A stretch of 63,819 nt of DNA, counting the filler. It is 10 parts of 10 records of this genome, joined end to end, with 100 filler letters (N's around TTAATTAATTAA, not from the genome) between each part and the next. Parts side by side here need not be neighbours in the genome. Positions count along the whole stretch, not along the records: positions 7,874 to 13,232 come from SRR31147125_77757; positions 13,333 to 19,259 come from SRR31147125_77791; positions 19,360 to 24,757 come from SRR31147125_77805; 7 more parts are not named here. The stretch is one strand, 5' to 3'. Both the position numbers and the translations under genes were made by a program. Shown piece by piece: positions 9,053 through 20,065 of this stretch; positions within the stretch are counted from its first letter, which is position 1, and each line of letters begins with the position of its first letter. The notes under the pieces were generated by a model. The model saw nothing but the letters and a program-made list of their open reading frames with translations. It was not told where the DNA came from and searched no databases.

Positions 9053-10549
9053 ATGAAAAAAATATTTATTCTACTGCTTGCAGTAGCCGGATTATGCGCT
9101 TGTTCTAATACAAGTTCAGAAAAAAAAGCAACTACCGATAAACCCAACATCGTGTACATTATTTGCGATGATTTGGGTTATGGCGATGTGCAGTGTTTAA
9201 ATCTTGAAAGGGGAAAAATTCTAACCCCAAAACTTGACAAACTGGCTACCGAAGCCATGGTTTTTACCGATGCACATGCGGGAGCCTCGGTTTGTACACC
9301 TACTCGCTACGGAGTACTTACCGGTCGATATGCATGGCGTTCGCGTTTGCAAAATGGAGTGCTCGGTGGTGGTCATGAGTTTGAACCTTTAATTGCCGAA
9401 AACCAGTTGACTGTACCGGCATTGCTAAAACAGGCCGGTTATACAACGGCTGCCATGGGGAAATGGCACTTAGGTTTTGCTGTGAACGATTCTTTGGGTA
9501 ATCCGGTCGACGTTTATCCAAATGGACAAAGAAGGCCAAGTCCGGCACCGGTAGGATCTGTTATACCTAACGGACCAAGTACACGCGGATTCGATACATA
9601 TTTGGGCTTTCACCATTCTGCCTCCATGGAAACGGTAATTGAAGATGGTAAGGTGATTGACAACATGCCAACCATTAGAATGTTACAATTCCTTGGCGAT
9701 CATGCAAGCAAGTATATTGCAGAAAAATCGAAAGAAGATGAGCCTTTCTTTTTATACCTGGCGCTGAATTCGCCACATAGTCCGGTTGTGCCATCAGAAG
9801 CCTGGCAAGGCAAAAGTGGCATGAGTCCGTATGCCGATTTTGTGATGGAAACCGACGATGTGGTTGGACAAGTTTTGGAAGCTTTAGAGAAAAATGGGGT
9901 GGCGAAAAATACACTGGTATTTTTTACCAGCGACAACGGATGCTCTTATCCGGCGGCAAAAGCCAAGCAGCTCGAAAATGAATTTGGCCATTATGCCAGC
10001 GCTCAGTTCCGTGGTTCGAAATCCGATATTTGGGAAGGTGGACACCGCATTCCGTTTATGGTTCGCTGGCCCGGAAAAATTGAAGCCGGCTCAACTAACG
10101 GCGAGCTAATTTGCCTGACCAATTTAATGGCAACCTGCGCTGAAATAACCGGGACCGAAATACCTGAAAATTCCGGAGAAGATTCATTCAGTATACTTCC
10201 TTTATTAACTGACAAAGAGGCAAAGAGTCCTTTCGAAGTGGTTGTTCATCATTCCATTCAGGGAAAATTTTCCATCAGAAAAGGGAAATGGAAATTGGAA
10301 TTTTGCCCGGGGTCGGGTGGTTGGACCGGGCCAAACGATAACGCTGCCCGCAAAAAAGGATTACCTGAAATTCAACTGTATAATCTTGCTGAAGATATTG
10401 CTGAACAAAATAACGTGTACGATAAATATCCGGAGATAGTAGAAGAACTGACTGCCGAATTGCAGGCGGTAGTAAATAAAGGTCGCTCAACCGAAGGCAC
10501 CGATGAACAAAACGATGTTGACGTTGATATTTTTAAGACGGGGAAATAA
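9053..10549 (+). CDS. arylsulfatase (S1 family) lipoprotein
   Basis: Lipobox LCAC, PNIVYIICDDLGYGD, formylglycine motif CTPTR, GKWHLG, SDNG, WEGGHR. Confidence 0.95.
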   Translation: MKKIFILLLAVAGLCACSNTSSEKKATTDKPNIVYIICDDLGYGDVQCLNLERGKILTPKLDKLATEAMVFTDAHAGASVCTPTRYGVLTGRYAWRSRLQNGVLGGGHEFEPLIAENQLTVPALLKQAGYTTAAMGKWHLGFAVNDSLGNPVDVYPNGQRRPSPAPVGSVIPNGPSTRGFDTYLGFHHSASMETVIEDGKVIDNMPTIRMLQFLGDHASKYIAEKSKEDEPFFLYLALNSPHSPVVPSEAWQGKSGMSPYADFVMETDDVVGQVLEALEKNGVAKNTLVFFTSDNGCSYPAAKAKQLENEFGHYASAQFRGSKSDIWEGGHRIPFMVRWPGKIEAGSTNGELICLTNLMATCAEITGTEIPENSGEDSFSILPLLTDKEAKSPFEVVVHHSIQGKFSIRKGKWKLEFCPGSGGWTGPNDNAARKKGLPEIQLYNLAEDIAEQNNVYDKYPEIVEELTAELQAVVNKGRSTEGTDEQNDVDVDIFKTGK

Positions 10550-10563
10550 TAAGGATTAATATG

Positions 10564-10713
10564 CACCACCTACTACTCCTCAAAAGGGAGGAGAAATGGA
10601 GAAAGTATTTGACAATAAAGTCTGTATAAATTTGAAATACAAAACTTGAATTGAACTACGAACCTTTCCCCTCCTTTTAGAGGAGGGGGTACCAACGAAG
10701 TTGGTGGGGTGGT
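10564..10713. repeat. REP-like palindromic element pair (CCCCTCCTTTTAGAGGAGGGG type)
   Basis: Hairpin CCCCTCC-TTTTAGA-GGAGGGG at 10668-10688 followed by the ACCAAC-GAA-GTTGGT hairpin and GGGGTGGTG; a degenerate inverted copy at 10564-10595. Confidence 0.65.
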
Positions 10714-10743
10714 GTAGAATAATAAAAATAAAATATACAAACC

Positions 10744-13050
10744 ATGCAAAAACGAAATAATGTAACAAGTTGGCTGCTGTTTCTGACAGTACTGTTTTCA
10801 GCATGCACCGAACAGCAAAAACAACCCGTAGATTACATCAATCCAATAATAGGTGCGGTAACTTACGGCAAAAAAACTACCGATGCGCATGGTTTTGGCA
10901 AAACATTTCCGGGGGCAGCTACACCCTTTGGTTTGGTGCAACTAAGTCCCGACACCTATACAGGCGGCGACAATGGATGCGGTTATTCATACGAACACTC
11001 AACCCTCGAAGGTTTTAGCTTTACCCACATGAGTGGCGTGGGCTGGTATGGCGACCTGGGTAATTTTCTGGTAACTCCAACCACCGGGAAACTAACTACC
11101 AACCGGGGAATTCCCACAGAACCTGAAGGTGGTTACCGTTCGCGTTTTTCGCACGATACTGAAGTTACGCAAGCCGGTTATTACGCCGTTACACTCGACG
11201 ATTATACGGTTCGTGCCGAATTAACAGCAGCACCACGAGCTGGAATTATCCGTTTTACTTTTCCGGAAAACGATAGCTCGCGCATCCAGATAGATTTATC
11301 GCGAAGAGTTGGTGGAACGTCAACAGAACAATATATAAAAGTCGAAAACGAAAACACCATTTCAGGCTGGATGAAGTGCCCTCCCGAAGGAGGTGGCTGG
11401 GGAGCCGGAGCCGGGAAAGCGGATTATACGGTGTACTTTTGGTGTCAGTTTAGTAAGCCTTTAAAAGACTACGGAATCTGGAGTGCTGACATTCCCGATG
11501 AAGGTAGAAAAATGCGCCACATCAGAAAAACAGAATACCAGGATGCTGTAAAAAATGCTACTCGCTTTAATAATGCAAAAGAAAAACAAGGCAAACACCT
11601 TGGATTTTATACCAATTTCAGTACAAAAGAGGGCGAAGAAATTTTGATAAAAAGTGGAATTTCATTCGTAAGTGTTGATGGCGCAAAAGAGAATTTAGAA
11701 CACGATATCGACCATTGGGATTTTGATGAAGTACATGAACAGGCTCGCGATTTGTGGAGCAAAGCCATTGAAAATGTAAATATTTCGGGAAGTACAGAAG
11801 ATGAAAAAACGATTTTCTACACCGCGCTTTACCACACTATGATTGACCCACGGACTTTTTCCGATGTAAACGGAAATTATATTGGTGCCGATAAAAAAGT
11901 ACATCAAACCAACGATTTTACCTACCGCACCATTTTTAGTGGCTGGGATGTTTTTCGCTCGCAATTTCCTTTGCAAACCATTATAAATCCTGATTTGGTA
12001 AACGACGAAATTAGCTCATTGCTCCAAATGGCAGAATTGAGTGGAAGAGGTTATTTACCGCGCTGGGAAATGTTGAATTCATATTCAGGTTGTATGCTCG
12101 GAAACCCGGGTGTTTCGGTTATTGTTGATGCCTACGAAAAAGGAATTCGGAATTACAATATTGAAAAGGCTTTTGAGGCATGTATAAACAGTGTAGATAC
12201 CTTTGGAAACAAGCCTTTGGGATTTACGCCTCACAGCATATCAAAAACTTTGGAGTATGCCTATTCCGATTGGTGTATGGGAAAATTTGCAGAGTCGTTG
12301 AATAAAGAAAATATTGCCACCGAGTACTACAAGCGCAGCAAAAATTATACGAATATCTGGAACGATGAGGTAAACTGGTTCCGCGCACGCGACCCGGAAG
12401 GCAACTGGAAAGAGTGGAAGGGAAAAACCGTTCACGGACAGGGCTGCACCGAAAGCAATCCGTTGCAACAAGGCTGGTTTGTACCACACAATATTAATGG
12501 ATTGAAAGAATTAATGGGGGGCGAAGATAGCTACAGAGATTCGTTGATTTCGTTTTTCGATAATGCTCCAGCCGACTTTCTGTGGAACAATTATTACAAC
12601 CATCCCAACGAACCGGTGCACCATGTTCCGTTTATGCTGAACACTGCCGGGGTGCCGCATCTGACACAAAAATGGACACGTAAAATTTGCAACGCGGCCT
12701 ACGGTACCGATGCTTATGGATTGTGCGGAAACGAAGATGTGGGGCAAATGTCGGCATGGTATGTTTTGTCAGCAATGGGCATTCATCCCATTTGTCCGGG
12801 CGATAACAAATACCAGATTACCAGTCCTGTTTTCAATAAAATTGAGGTGAAGCTGGATTCAAAATATTATTCAGGAGCAAAATTTACAATCATTGCAAAT
12901 AACAATTCAGCAGAAAATATTTATATCCAGTCGATGAAGTTGAACGGAATTCCGATGGAACGCTATTGGATAACACACGATGAAATTGTAAAAGGTGGTG
13001 TGCTTGAAATGGAAATGGGACTGGAACCTGTGGAGTTTTCAATAAAATAA
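10744..13050 (+). CDS. GH92 alpha-mannosidase family lipoprotein
   Basis: TFPGAATPFGLVQLSPDT, GFSFTHMSG, FSGWDVFRS, TLEYAYSD, HPNEP, GNEDVGQMSAWY. Confidence 0.95.
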   Translation: MQKRNNVTSWLLFLTVLFSACTEQQKQPVDYINPIIGAVTYGKKTTDAHGFGKTFPGAATPFGLVQLSPDTYTGGDNGCGYSYEHSTLEGFSFTHMSGVGWYGDLGNFLVTPTTGKLTTNRGIPTEPEGGYRSRFSHDTEVTQAGYYAVTLDDYTVRAELTAAPRAGIIRFTFPENDSSRIQIDLSRRVGGTSTEQYIKVENENTISGWMKCPPEGGGWGAGAGKADYTVYFWCQFSKPLKDYGIWSADIPDEGRKMRHIRKTEYQDAVKNATRFNNAKEKQGKHLGFYTNFSTKEGEEILIKSGISFVSVDGAKENLEHDIDHWDFDEVHEQARDLWSKAIENVNISGSTEDEKTIFYTALYHTMIDPRTFSDVNGNYIGADKKVHQTNDFTYRTIFSGWDVFRSQFPLQTIINPDLVNDEISSLLQMAELSGRGYLPRWEMLNSYSGCMLGNPGVSVIVDAYEKGIRNYNIEKAFEACINSVDTFGNKPLGFTPHSISKTLEYAYSDWCMGKFAESLNKENIATEYYKRSKNYTNIWNDEVNWFRARDPEGNWKEWKGKTVHGQGCTESNPLQQGWFVPHNINGLKELMGGEDSYRDSLISFFDNAPADFLWNNYYNHPNEPVHHVPFMLNTAGVPHLTQKWTRKICNAAYGTDAYGLCGNEDVGQMSAWYVLSAMGIHPICPGDNKYQITSPVFNKIEVKLDSKYYSGAKFTIIANNNSAENIYIQSMKLNGIPMERYWITHDEIVKGGVLEMEMGLEPVEFSIK

Positions 13051-13063
13051 AACATTCCGCTTT

Positions 13064-13232
13064 TTCTCCCCTAATTTAGGGGAGATGCCTGTGTAAGGAA
13101 AGTGCGATAGATGGAAGAGGGGTATTGGAGCTCCCGACGCATTCCAATTTAATTTATTGGAATAAGAAGTAAGTTTTGGAGCACGAATTTTCCCCGCCTT
13201 TTTGAGGAGGGGGGTACCGCGTTTACAGCGGT
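13064..13232. repeat. REP-like palindromes
   Basis: TCTCCCCTAA-T-TTAGGGGAGA near 13065, and TTTCCCCGCCTTTTTGAGGAGGGGGGTACC near 13189 matching the 10668 element. Confidence 0.6.
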
Positions 13233-13332
13233 NNNNNNNNNNNNNNNNNNNNNNNNNNNNNNNNNNNNNNNNNNNNTTAATTAATTAANNNNNNNNNNNN
13301 NNNNNNNNNNNNNNNNNNNNNNNNNNNNNNNN

Positions 13333-13849
13333 CCCCCGGGAATTTAATACATTGCGGGCCCTTACCCCCGAGGTAAAGCAGACCGCAGGACTGATTACAA
13401 GGGCCCTTGACCGGGCCGAACCCTCACAGCCCCTTTTTCTCATCTCCAAGGCATATGAACTGCTCTCCCAGATTTTCATGGCCGGGGAAAAGGAAACATC
13501 CCTTGCGGATCTCCGGGAAAGGAGAGAGGCCGTGACCTCTGCCCGGAAGATTCTGGACAATAACCTTGCTTCCCCGCCCAGCCTTGAGGTTCTGGCCCGC
13601 CAGTCCGGTCTTTGCGTGACATACCTGACCCAGGCCTTTAAAGAAACATTCGGCACCACCGTGTTCGGCTATGTGCGCCGGCAGCGGCTCTCCCGGGCCA
13701 GGGAACTGATTGCCGTGGAAGGGATGAGTGCATCGGATGCGGCCTGGGAGGTGGGGTATTCCAGCCTGAGTTCCTTCCACCGTGCCTTTCTGGCAGAATA
13801 CGGCACCACCCCAGGTTCCTACCGCCGGCAAATTAAGAACACCCCGTAA
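13333..13849 (+). CDS. AraC family transcriptional regulator (PchR/YbtA-like), 5' partial
   Basis: PPSLEVLARQSGL...FKETFGTTVFGYVRRQRL...AAWEVGYSSLSSFHRAF double HTH. Confidence 0.9.
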
Positions 13850-14032
13850 ATTTTTTATCCAGCTTTTTTTACATCTTCCGGTCCGGGATAAGACGGCTTT
13901 CTATGAAAACGGCATACGGGACAAAAAAAATGAAATTTCAGACAAATAATTTTAATGCACATCATGTATGGTTCTCCAAACTATATTCAGGCTTTGAATA
14001 ACGGGTATGACTACCCCATAAAGGAGAAACAG

Positions 14033-15964
14033 ATGGTGTATAAGCGTATTTTTTTTGCCGTTCTGGCAATATGGCTTTTGTCCGTGTCCGCCCAGGCAAA
14101 GGAGAACCAGGCAACCCAGGAGGCCATTGTGGTCACCGCCACCAAAACACCCTACGCCCTTGAGGATGTTCCCGTGGAAACCATACTTGTCACCCGCAGG
14201 GATATTGAGCGTTCCAACGCCGGAACCCTTGAGGGGGTTCTGGCCGGTATCCCCGGGTTTAACTTTTCCCAGGCGCCCGACCTTCCCGGGGCCATGAATT
14301 TTAAAAATACGGTCCGGGGCCTGAATATCGAAGACCGCCGCATGCTCGTGCTGGTGGACGGGCAGCGGGTGTTCGGCGGATATGCCAGCGGCGGCATGGC
14401 CTGCGGCGGAGACGCCTTTAATGTCAATCTGGTGCCTGTGAGCCTGGTTGAACGCATTGAAGTGGTAAAGGGTCCGGCCTCTGCCCTGTACGGCAGTGAT
14501 GCGGTCACGGGTGTCATTAATATCATAACAAAAAAACCCACGGGTGATACCCGGGTGTCCACGGGCGGCGGCTATGGCTGGTACACCATGGACGGTGACA
14601 GAAACGGGCGGTCTGTCACGGAAACAAGCCGGTCCACCTACAAGGCATATGCCACTGTGGGCGGAGCTGTAACAGACGCTCTCAGCGGCACCCTGAGCTT
14701 CAGCCACCAGGCCCATGACGGTATTAAGGAAAGAAAACAGACTGTTTTTAAAAATTACCTTCACGGCCAGCTGCAATTGGATGCTTCGGATAATTTGACA
14801 CTCCGGGGCGGGGCGGAACTCACCCGGTATGAAGCAGACGGAAAAGACTGGGTGGGCATGAGATCCGCATGGGAAGATGACACGGCCGATGAAATCATCC
14901 CCCGGTTCTGGCTTGTGGGAGACTATGCATTCAACCCTGATCATCATCTCAAAGTCCAGGGGTATTTCCAGAAAATAAAGGGAGACATTGTTGCCGCTGC
15001 CTCTACAGGGCCCCAGGATTACGATAACAGCTACAAGGATGTGGAAATTCAGTACACAGGCCGTTTTTTAAACAATCACCTGTTCACGGCCGGGTTTGAA
15101 TATCTGCGGACCGCCTATGAGGGCAATTTTGTGGCGGACAGTTCAAATACCACCCTGAGCCTCTATGCCCAGGATGAATGGCGCCTTTTAGACGGGGATT
15201 TGATTCTGATTCCCGGGTTCAGGGTTGATGACAACAGCGACTACGGCCGCCAGTGGAGCCCGAAATTCAACGCCATGTACACGCCTCTGCCCAATACAAG
15301 AATCCGGGGCGGGCTGGGCTGGACATTCAAGGCGCCCACCCCGCCGCAATTGTCAGACGACCGGTTCTGGATGGTCTTCATGTGGACTGAAGGCAATCCT
15401 GATTTAAAGCCGGAAGAGGGCTTTACATGGCAGGTGGGCCTGGAGCAGGATCTATTTGACAAGGGTCTGGTTCTGGGACTCACCTACTATAATACCCAGC
15501 TGACGGATATGATCACCGAAGGCATGAGGCCGGACGGTGTTTACAGCTATTCCAATGTGGCAGAAGGGAAAATCCGGGGTATTGAAGCCACAGCCGATAT
15601 GGAGATCATGGCGCCCCTCCACCTGCTGCTGACCTACGCCTTTACCGATGCCAGGGACGCCAATACGGATAAGCGCCTCTTTAATGTGCCTGAGCATGCC
15701 TTTGGCGCCCGATTGGACTACACCAACCGCGCATACGGCTTCGGGGGCATGGTTTCCCTCTCCCACACCACGGACCAGATCAACGCCATGGGCGCCGGAA
15801 CCACAGAGGCGTTCACCAGTGTGGGATGCAAGGTGTGGAAGGATTTTATGGAAAACGGGCGGATCGCCCTGAATGTATTTAACCTGTTTGACCAGGAACT
15901 GCAGGGGTCTGCGCTTTATTATCCCCGGCAGACCGTCATGGCCAGCATACAATTTGATTTTTAA
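14033..15964 (+). CDS. TonB-dependent outer-membrane receptor
   Basis: AAGGAG RBS before ATG 14033, signal peptide, TonB-box region IVVTATKT, plug motif VERIEVVKGPASALYGSDAVTGVINIITKK, C-terminal aromatic F. Confidence 0.95.
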   Translation: MVYKRIFFAVLAIWLLSVSAQAKENQATQEAIVVTATKTPYALEDVPVETILVTRRDIERSNAGTLEGVLAGIPGFNFSQAPDLPGAMNFKNTVRGLNIEDRRMLVLVDGQRVFGGYASGGMACGGDAFNVNLVPVSLVERIEVVKGPASALYGSDAVTGVINIITKKPTGDTRVSTGGGYGWYTMDGDRNGRSVTETSRSTYKAYATVGGAVTDALSGTLSFSHQAHDGIKERKQTVFKNYLHGQLQLDASDNLTLRGGAELTRYEADGKDWVGMRSAWEDDTADEIIPRFWLVGDYAFNPDHHLKVQGYFQKIKGDIVAAASTGPQDYDNSYKDVEIQYTGRFLNNHLFTAGFEYLRTAYEGNFVADSSNTTLSLYAQDEWRLLDGDLILIPGFRVDDNSDYGRQWSPKFNAMYTPLPNTRIRGGLGWTFKAPTPPQLSDDRFWMVFMWTEGNPDLKPEEGFTWQVGLEQDLFDKGLVLGLTYYNTQLTDMITEGMRPDGVYSYSNVAEGKIRGIEATADMEIMAPLHLLLTYAFTDARDANTDKRLFNVPEHAFGARLDYTNRAYGFGGMVSLSHTTDQINAMGAGTTEAFTSVGCKVWKDFMENGRIALNVFNLFDQELQGSALYYPRQTVMASIQFDF

Positions 15965-15976
15965 CCCGGGGCCTTG

Positions 15977-16007
15977 CCCATTGCAGGGGCGTCTCCCCTG
16001 CAATGGG
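15977..16007 (+). terminator. intergenic stem-loop between receptor and ABC genes
   Basis: CCCATTGCAGGGG-CGTCT-CCCCTGCAATGGG perfect 13-bp stem followed by TGTCTTTT. Confidence 0.6.
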
Positions 16008-16062
16008 TGTCTTTTGGGCAGGTTTTAAATATAATTTTTTTTAAAAGACCAGGAATCCTTGT

Positions 16063-17829
16063 ATGCATCTGAAAACCTATCGTGCCACCTTTGGCTGGCT
16101 GCTCTTATATCTGCAGCCCTATGGGCTGAAATTGTTTTTTTCCATGTGCCTGACCACAATCAGCGCCCTTTTGTCCCTTATCCCCTTAATCTGTGTTTTT
16201 CTGACTGCCCGCAGCCTGCTTGGGGCCGGCACCGTGGCGGCCCAGGAGGCCTGGACCCTTGCCATTGCCGCGGCCGTTTCCGTTTTTTTGCGCTTTGGGG
16301 GATATCTTTTTGCCATGGGTTTTTCCCATTATTGCGCCTTTGGTGTCCATTATGATTTGCGGGCCCGGATTGCCACCCATCTGGCCGCCCTGCCCATGGG
16401 GTTTTTCGGGGAAAAATCTTCAGGGGAGTTGAAAAAAATAATGGGCGAGGATGTGGAAAATATTGAATTGTTCATTGCCCACTATCTGCCGGACCTTGTT
16501 TCAGGGCTTGTGCTTCCCCTGGCCTCAGCCCTCCTGCTTTTCTGGGTGAACCCGGTTCTGGCCCTGGCAGCCCTTATCCCTGTCCCCCTGGCCGCATTCA
16601 CCCATTTTCGCATGAATAAAATCTACAAAAAGAATGTAGGCGGATTCCATGACAATGTGGAGGCCATGAACACCGCCATTGTGGAGTATGTCCGGGGCAT
16701 GCCGGTGATAAAGGCTTTCAATAAGACCGCCCATTCTTTCGGCCAGTATAAAAGCGCCATTGAAACCCACCTTTCCATCAGCCGGGCCTGGGCAAAGGGG
16801 GCGGCTGTGCTCTCCTCGGTTTTCTGGCTCTGCCTGGATCTGGGCCTGGTATTTATCCTGCCGGCCGGATTCTGGCTCCACAGCACGGGCAGCATTACCG
16901 GGGCTGAATTGGTCCTCTTTCTGCTCCTGGGCCCTGGCCTTATGGAGCCTTTGGGCCGGATTATCATGATCGCAGGTTACCTGGACCGTATCGGGGAAGG
17001 CATGGGCCGGATTCAGTCCGTGCTTGACCGGGCCCCCCTTGGGGAGCCTGAATTCCCCAAAACCCCTAAGGGCCATGCCATTGAGTTTGACAATGTCAGC
17101 TTCGGCTATGGCGGGGATGATGTACTAAAGGGGGCCTCGTTTACCCTGGCCCAGGGAACGGTGACCGGCCTTGTGGGGCCCTCGGGTGCGGGAAAATCCA
17201 CGGCCGCCCGCCTGGCCGCCCGGTTCTGGGATGTGCGCCGGGGCGCCGTGCGCATGGGGGGTGGATATCCGGGATATACCCGTTTCGGATTTAATGAAGA
17301 GGATCGCTTTTGTATTCCAGGATGTCTATCTGATGAACGATACCATTATGGAAAATATCCGCATGGGAAAGCCGGATGCCGCGGACCGGGAGGTGGTGGC
17401 AGCGGCCAGAAGCGCAGCCGCCCATGAGTTTATCATGGCCCTGGAAGAGAGGTACCAGGCCAGGGTGGGGGAAGGGGGCGCCCATCTCAGCGGGGTGAAA
17501 AACAGCGGATATCCATTGCCCGGGCCATCTTAAAAGACGCCCCCGTGCTCATCCTTGATGAAATCACCTCATCTGCGGATCCGGAAAACGAAGGGCTGAT
17601 CCACATGGGTCTGAACCGGCTCATGGCAGGCAAAACCGTGCTGGTGATCGCACACAAGCTGCCTGCTGTCATGCATGCCGACCAGCTGATCCTCTTTGAA
17701 GACGGTGCCGTAAAAGCCGCAGGGACCCATGAAACCCTGCTGAAACAGGACGGGCTCTACCGGAGCCTCTGGGAAAGCTGCATCAGGGCGGGCTCCTGGA
17801 AGCTCTCCGCCCGGGAGGTGACCCCATGA
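16063..17829 (+). CDS. ABC transporter permease/ATPase (YbtP/IrtA-like), frameshifted near 17260 and 17495
   Basis: TM domain with SSGELKKIMGEDVENIE, Walker A GPSGAGKS; continues in ORFs 17171-17533 (VFQD) and 17545-17829 (LILDE, IAH). Confidence 0.88.
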
Positions 17830-19259
17830 TGATCCGCACCATGAAAAAGATCACAGGCAATAATATGGGCTGCGTACGCCGGCCCTTTATCAGCGCCGTG
17901 TTTGAAGGTTTTTTCATTGCAGCCCCCTATGGGGTGCTGGCAATGGTATTGTCCGGCATATTCAACGGGCAGATGGACCAGTCCCGGTTTTTATGGCTCT
18001 ATGCCCTGATGCTCCTGCTCTTTGCCCTGCGCTTTGCCTTTTCCCTTGAAAGCAACGGGGGCGGCATGGTGGCAGGCTACAGGGTGGGCGGCTTTATCCG
18101 CCTCCATCTGGGGGAACATCTGCGCACCCTGCCCATGGGCTTTTTTGCAAAGCGGGATACAGGGGAGCTGGTCAACCGCCTTTTCCATGTTGTGAGCATG
18201 GTGGAGATGATGATCGGCCATTTTTTAACCCAGGCCATACGGAATATTAACACCCCTTTGGCCGTATTTATCATCCTGGCCTGTATATCCCTGCCCATGG
18301 CCGGAATTATGGCCCTGGTGCTTGCCGCGGCAATCCCGTTTCTGTGGGGGCTTGTCAGGTTTGTGGACCGGCAGGGGGAAAAACGGGTGGCCATGATTGA
18401 CAGGTCCAATTCCCATATCCTTGAATACCTCCACGGGATTCATGTGCTCAAAGCCTATAATGTCGCGGGCATGGGGTTTAAACGGCTGGATAAGGCATTG
18501 CAGGACCTGAGGCATTTCAGCCTATGGTTTGAAATAAAATGCTTTGCCGTCTCCCAGGCCTATTGCGCCATTTTGGAGCTTGGGTTTGTGGCATTGCTCT
18601 TCGGCGGGCTGGCATTGATCCGGGAAGGGGATTTAAGCATCCCCCAGATGATTATTTTCCTGGTTGTCAGTTTGAAATTCTACAGGCCCCTGCACAGGCT
18701 GTCTGAAAACTCCGCCCTGACCCGAGCCGCTTTCGGCGGTGTAAAGGCTGTTGAGGAAATTTTTGACGAACCCGCCGTAAAAGGGGATGGACCCGGGCCG
18801 GCCTCTGATTTTACCATCCGGTTTAAAGATGTCTCTTTCAGGTACGGCACCGCAGATGTCATTAAAAATGTCAGTTTTACAGCAGGGGAAAAAAGCATGA
18901 CAGCCCTTGTGGGGCCGTCGGGTTCGGGCAAATCCACCCTGGTGAAGCTCATCGCCCGTTTCTGGGACGTCGACCGGGGCCGGATCACCATCGGCGGCCA
19001 GGAGATAAAAAAGATGAACCCGGACGCCCTGCTCTCCAGGATCAGCATGGTGTTTCAGGATGTCTATCTCTTTAAGGACAGTATTTTAAACAATATCCGT
19101 TTCGGCAATCCCTCTGCCACCATGGAAGAGGTGATAGGGGCCGCAAAAAAAGCACAATGCCACGATTTTATCACGGCCCTTCCCAATGGATATGAGACCC
19201 TTATCAGTGAAGGGGGCACAAGCCTTTCCGGCGGGGAAAAGCAGCGGATATCCATTGCC
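17826..19259 (+). CDS. ABC transporter permease/ATPase (YbtQ/IrtB-like), 3' partial
   Basis: TM domain, [12 protein letters not shown] and LSGGEKQR; overlaps the previous stop. Confidence 0.9.
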
Positions 19260-19359
19260 NNNNNNNNNNNNNNNNNNNNNNNNNNNNNNNNNNNNNNNNN
19301 NNNTTAATTAATTAANNNNNNNNNNNNNNNNNNNNNNNNNNNNNNNNNNNNNNNNNNNN

Positions 19360-19687
19360 AAAAATAATCTTGACGGGGAAAAGCGGTTTCCCTTCCACCC
19401 TCAATCTGGGAGATGTCCTTCTCAATGGTACGGGCCGTGGTCGCTCTTTTAAAATTACTTCGCTCAGGGCCGAAGGTGGTGATCTCATTGTGAGTGGGGA
19501 GGGGAGTCTTCTTCTCGGTCGCACTATGCCCTCATCCCGGGTCAACATGAAAATTAAGTTAAAACCGGGAGAAAACCTGGATCCTATGCTTTTAGATCTG
19601 TTGAAACTCGGTTCAAGACAGCTTTCTGATGGAAGTTATGAGTTGAGCGTCTCTGGGGTTTTGTCTGATTTGATGCCCCTCCTGTAA
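19360..19687 (+). CDS. type II secretion protein GspN-like, C-terminal fragment
   Basis: Beta-rich fragment GGDLIVSGEGSLLL...SRVNMKIKLKP...YELSVSGVLSD resembling the deltaproteobacterial GspN C-terminus. Confidence 0.5.
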
Positions 19688-19994
19688 AGTTCTTTTCCAA
19701 TTGCCTTTTTTGTCAGCTATATAATTACCTGTGGTTGCCTGGTCTTTATGTTGTCGCAGAGCCTCATAGGCCACCCCGGAATATGATAAAAAATTAAAAC
19801 GACAAATGTTTTCAGATAACTGGATTACCATGACAAAGGTCCTATTCTTTATTGTAAATAGAACAGAATAGTCGTAGGCGCCACCTGACATTTAGGAGAA
19901 AGCAGAAAACCTTAAAAGAACAATCCTGGTACATTTGAATCGGGATTTTTTTCTTATTGCTCTTGGATATTGGCGGCTGCGCATGAGCCGTGTG

Positions 19995-20065
19995 AAAAAT
20001 AAAAGGCTCTGTAGCTAGGAGGGGGGTAGCTACAGAGCCAGGTTGAGAGCATTGCTCTCTGGTTC
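19995..20065 (-). ncRNA. candidate small RNA with two hairpins; terminator loop CCCCCCUCC
   Basis: Minus-strand TTGACA (20097-20092)-18 nt-TATAAA, hairpin GAGAGC/GCTCTC (20045-20059), perfect 13-bp stem (20005-20039) and U-tract. No ORF. Confidence 0.55.

Noticed and set aside
13860-14030. Fur box or cobalamin riboswitch upstream of the TonB receptor
   Set aside because: Only short inverted repeats (TATTCA/TGAATA, GGGTA/TACCC) and no convincing consensus.
13952-14947. 331-aa antisense ORF and other long shadow ORFs (e.g. 41424-42161, 43165-43773, 44066-44698, 37548-38195)
   Set aside because: They lie opposite well-supported genes in GC-rich sequence and show no recognisable motifs.
19690-19990. 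Riboswitch (e.g. c-di-GMP) or ORF 19613-19891 in the long intergenic region
   Set aside because: No aptamer consensus recognised, and the ORF lacks coding features.
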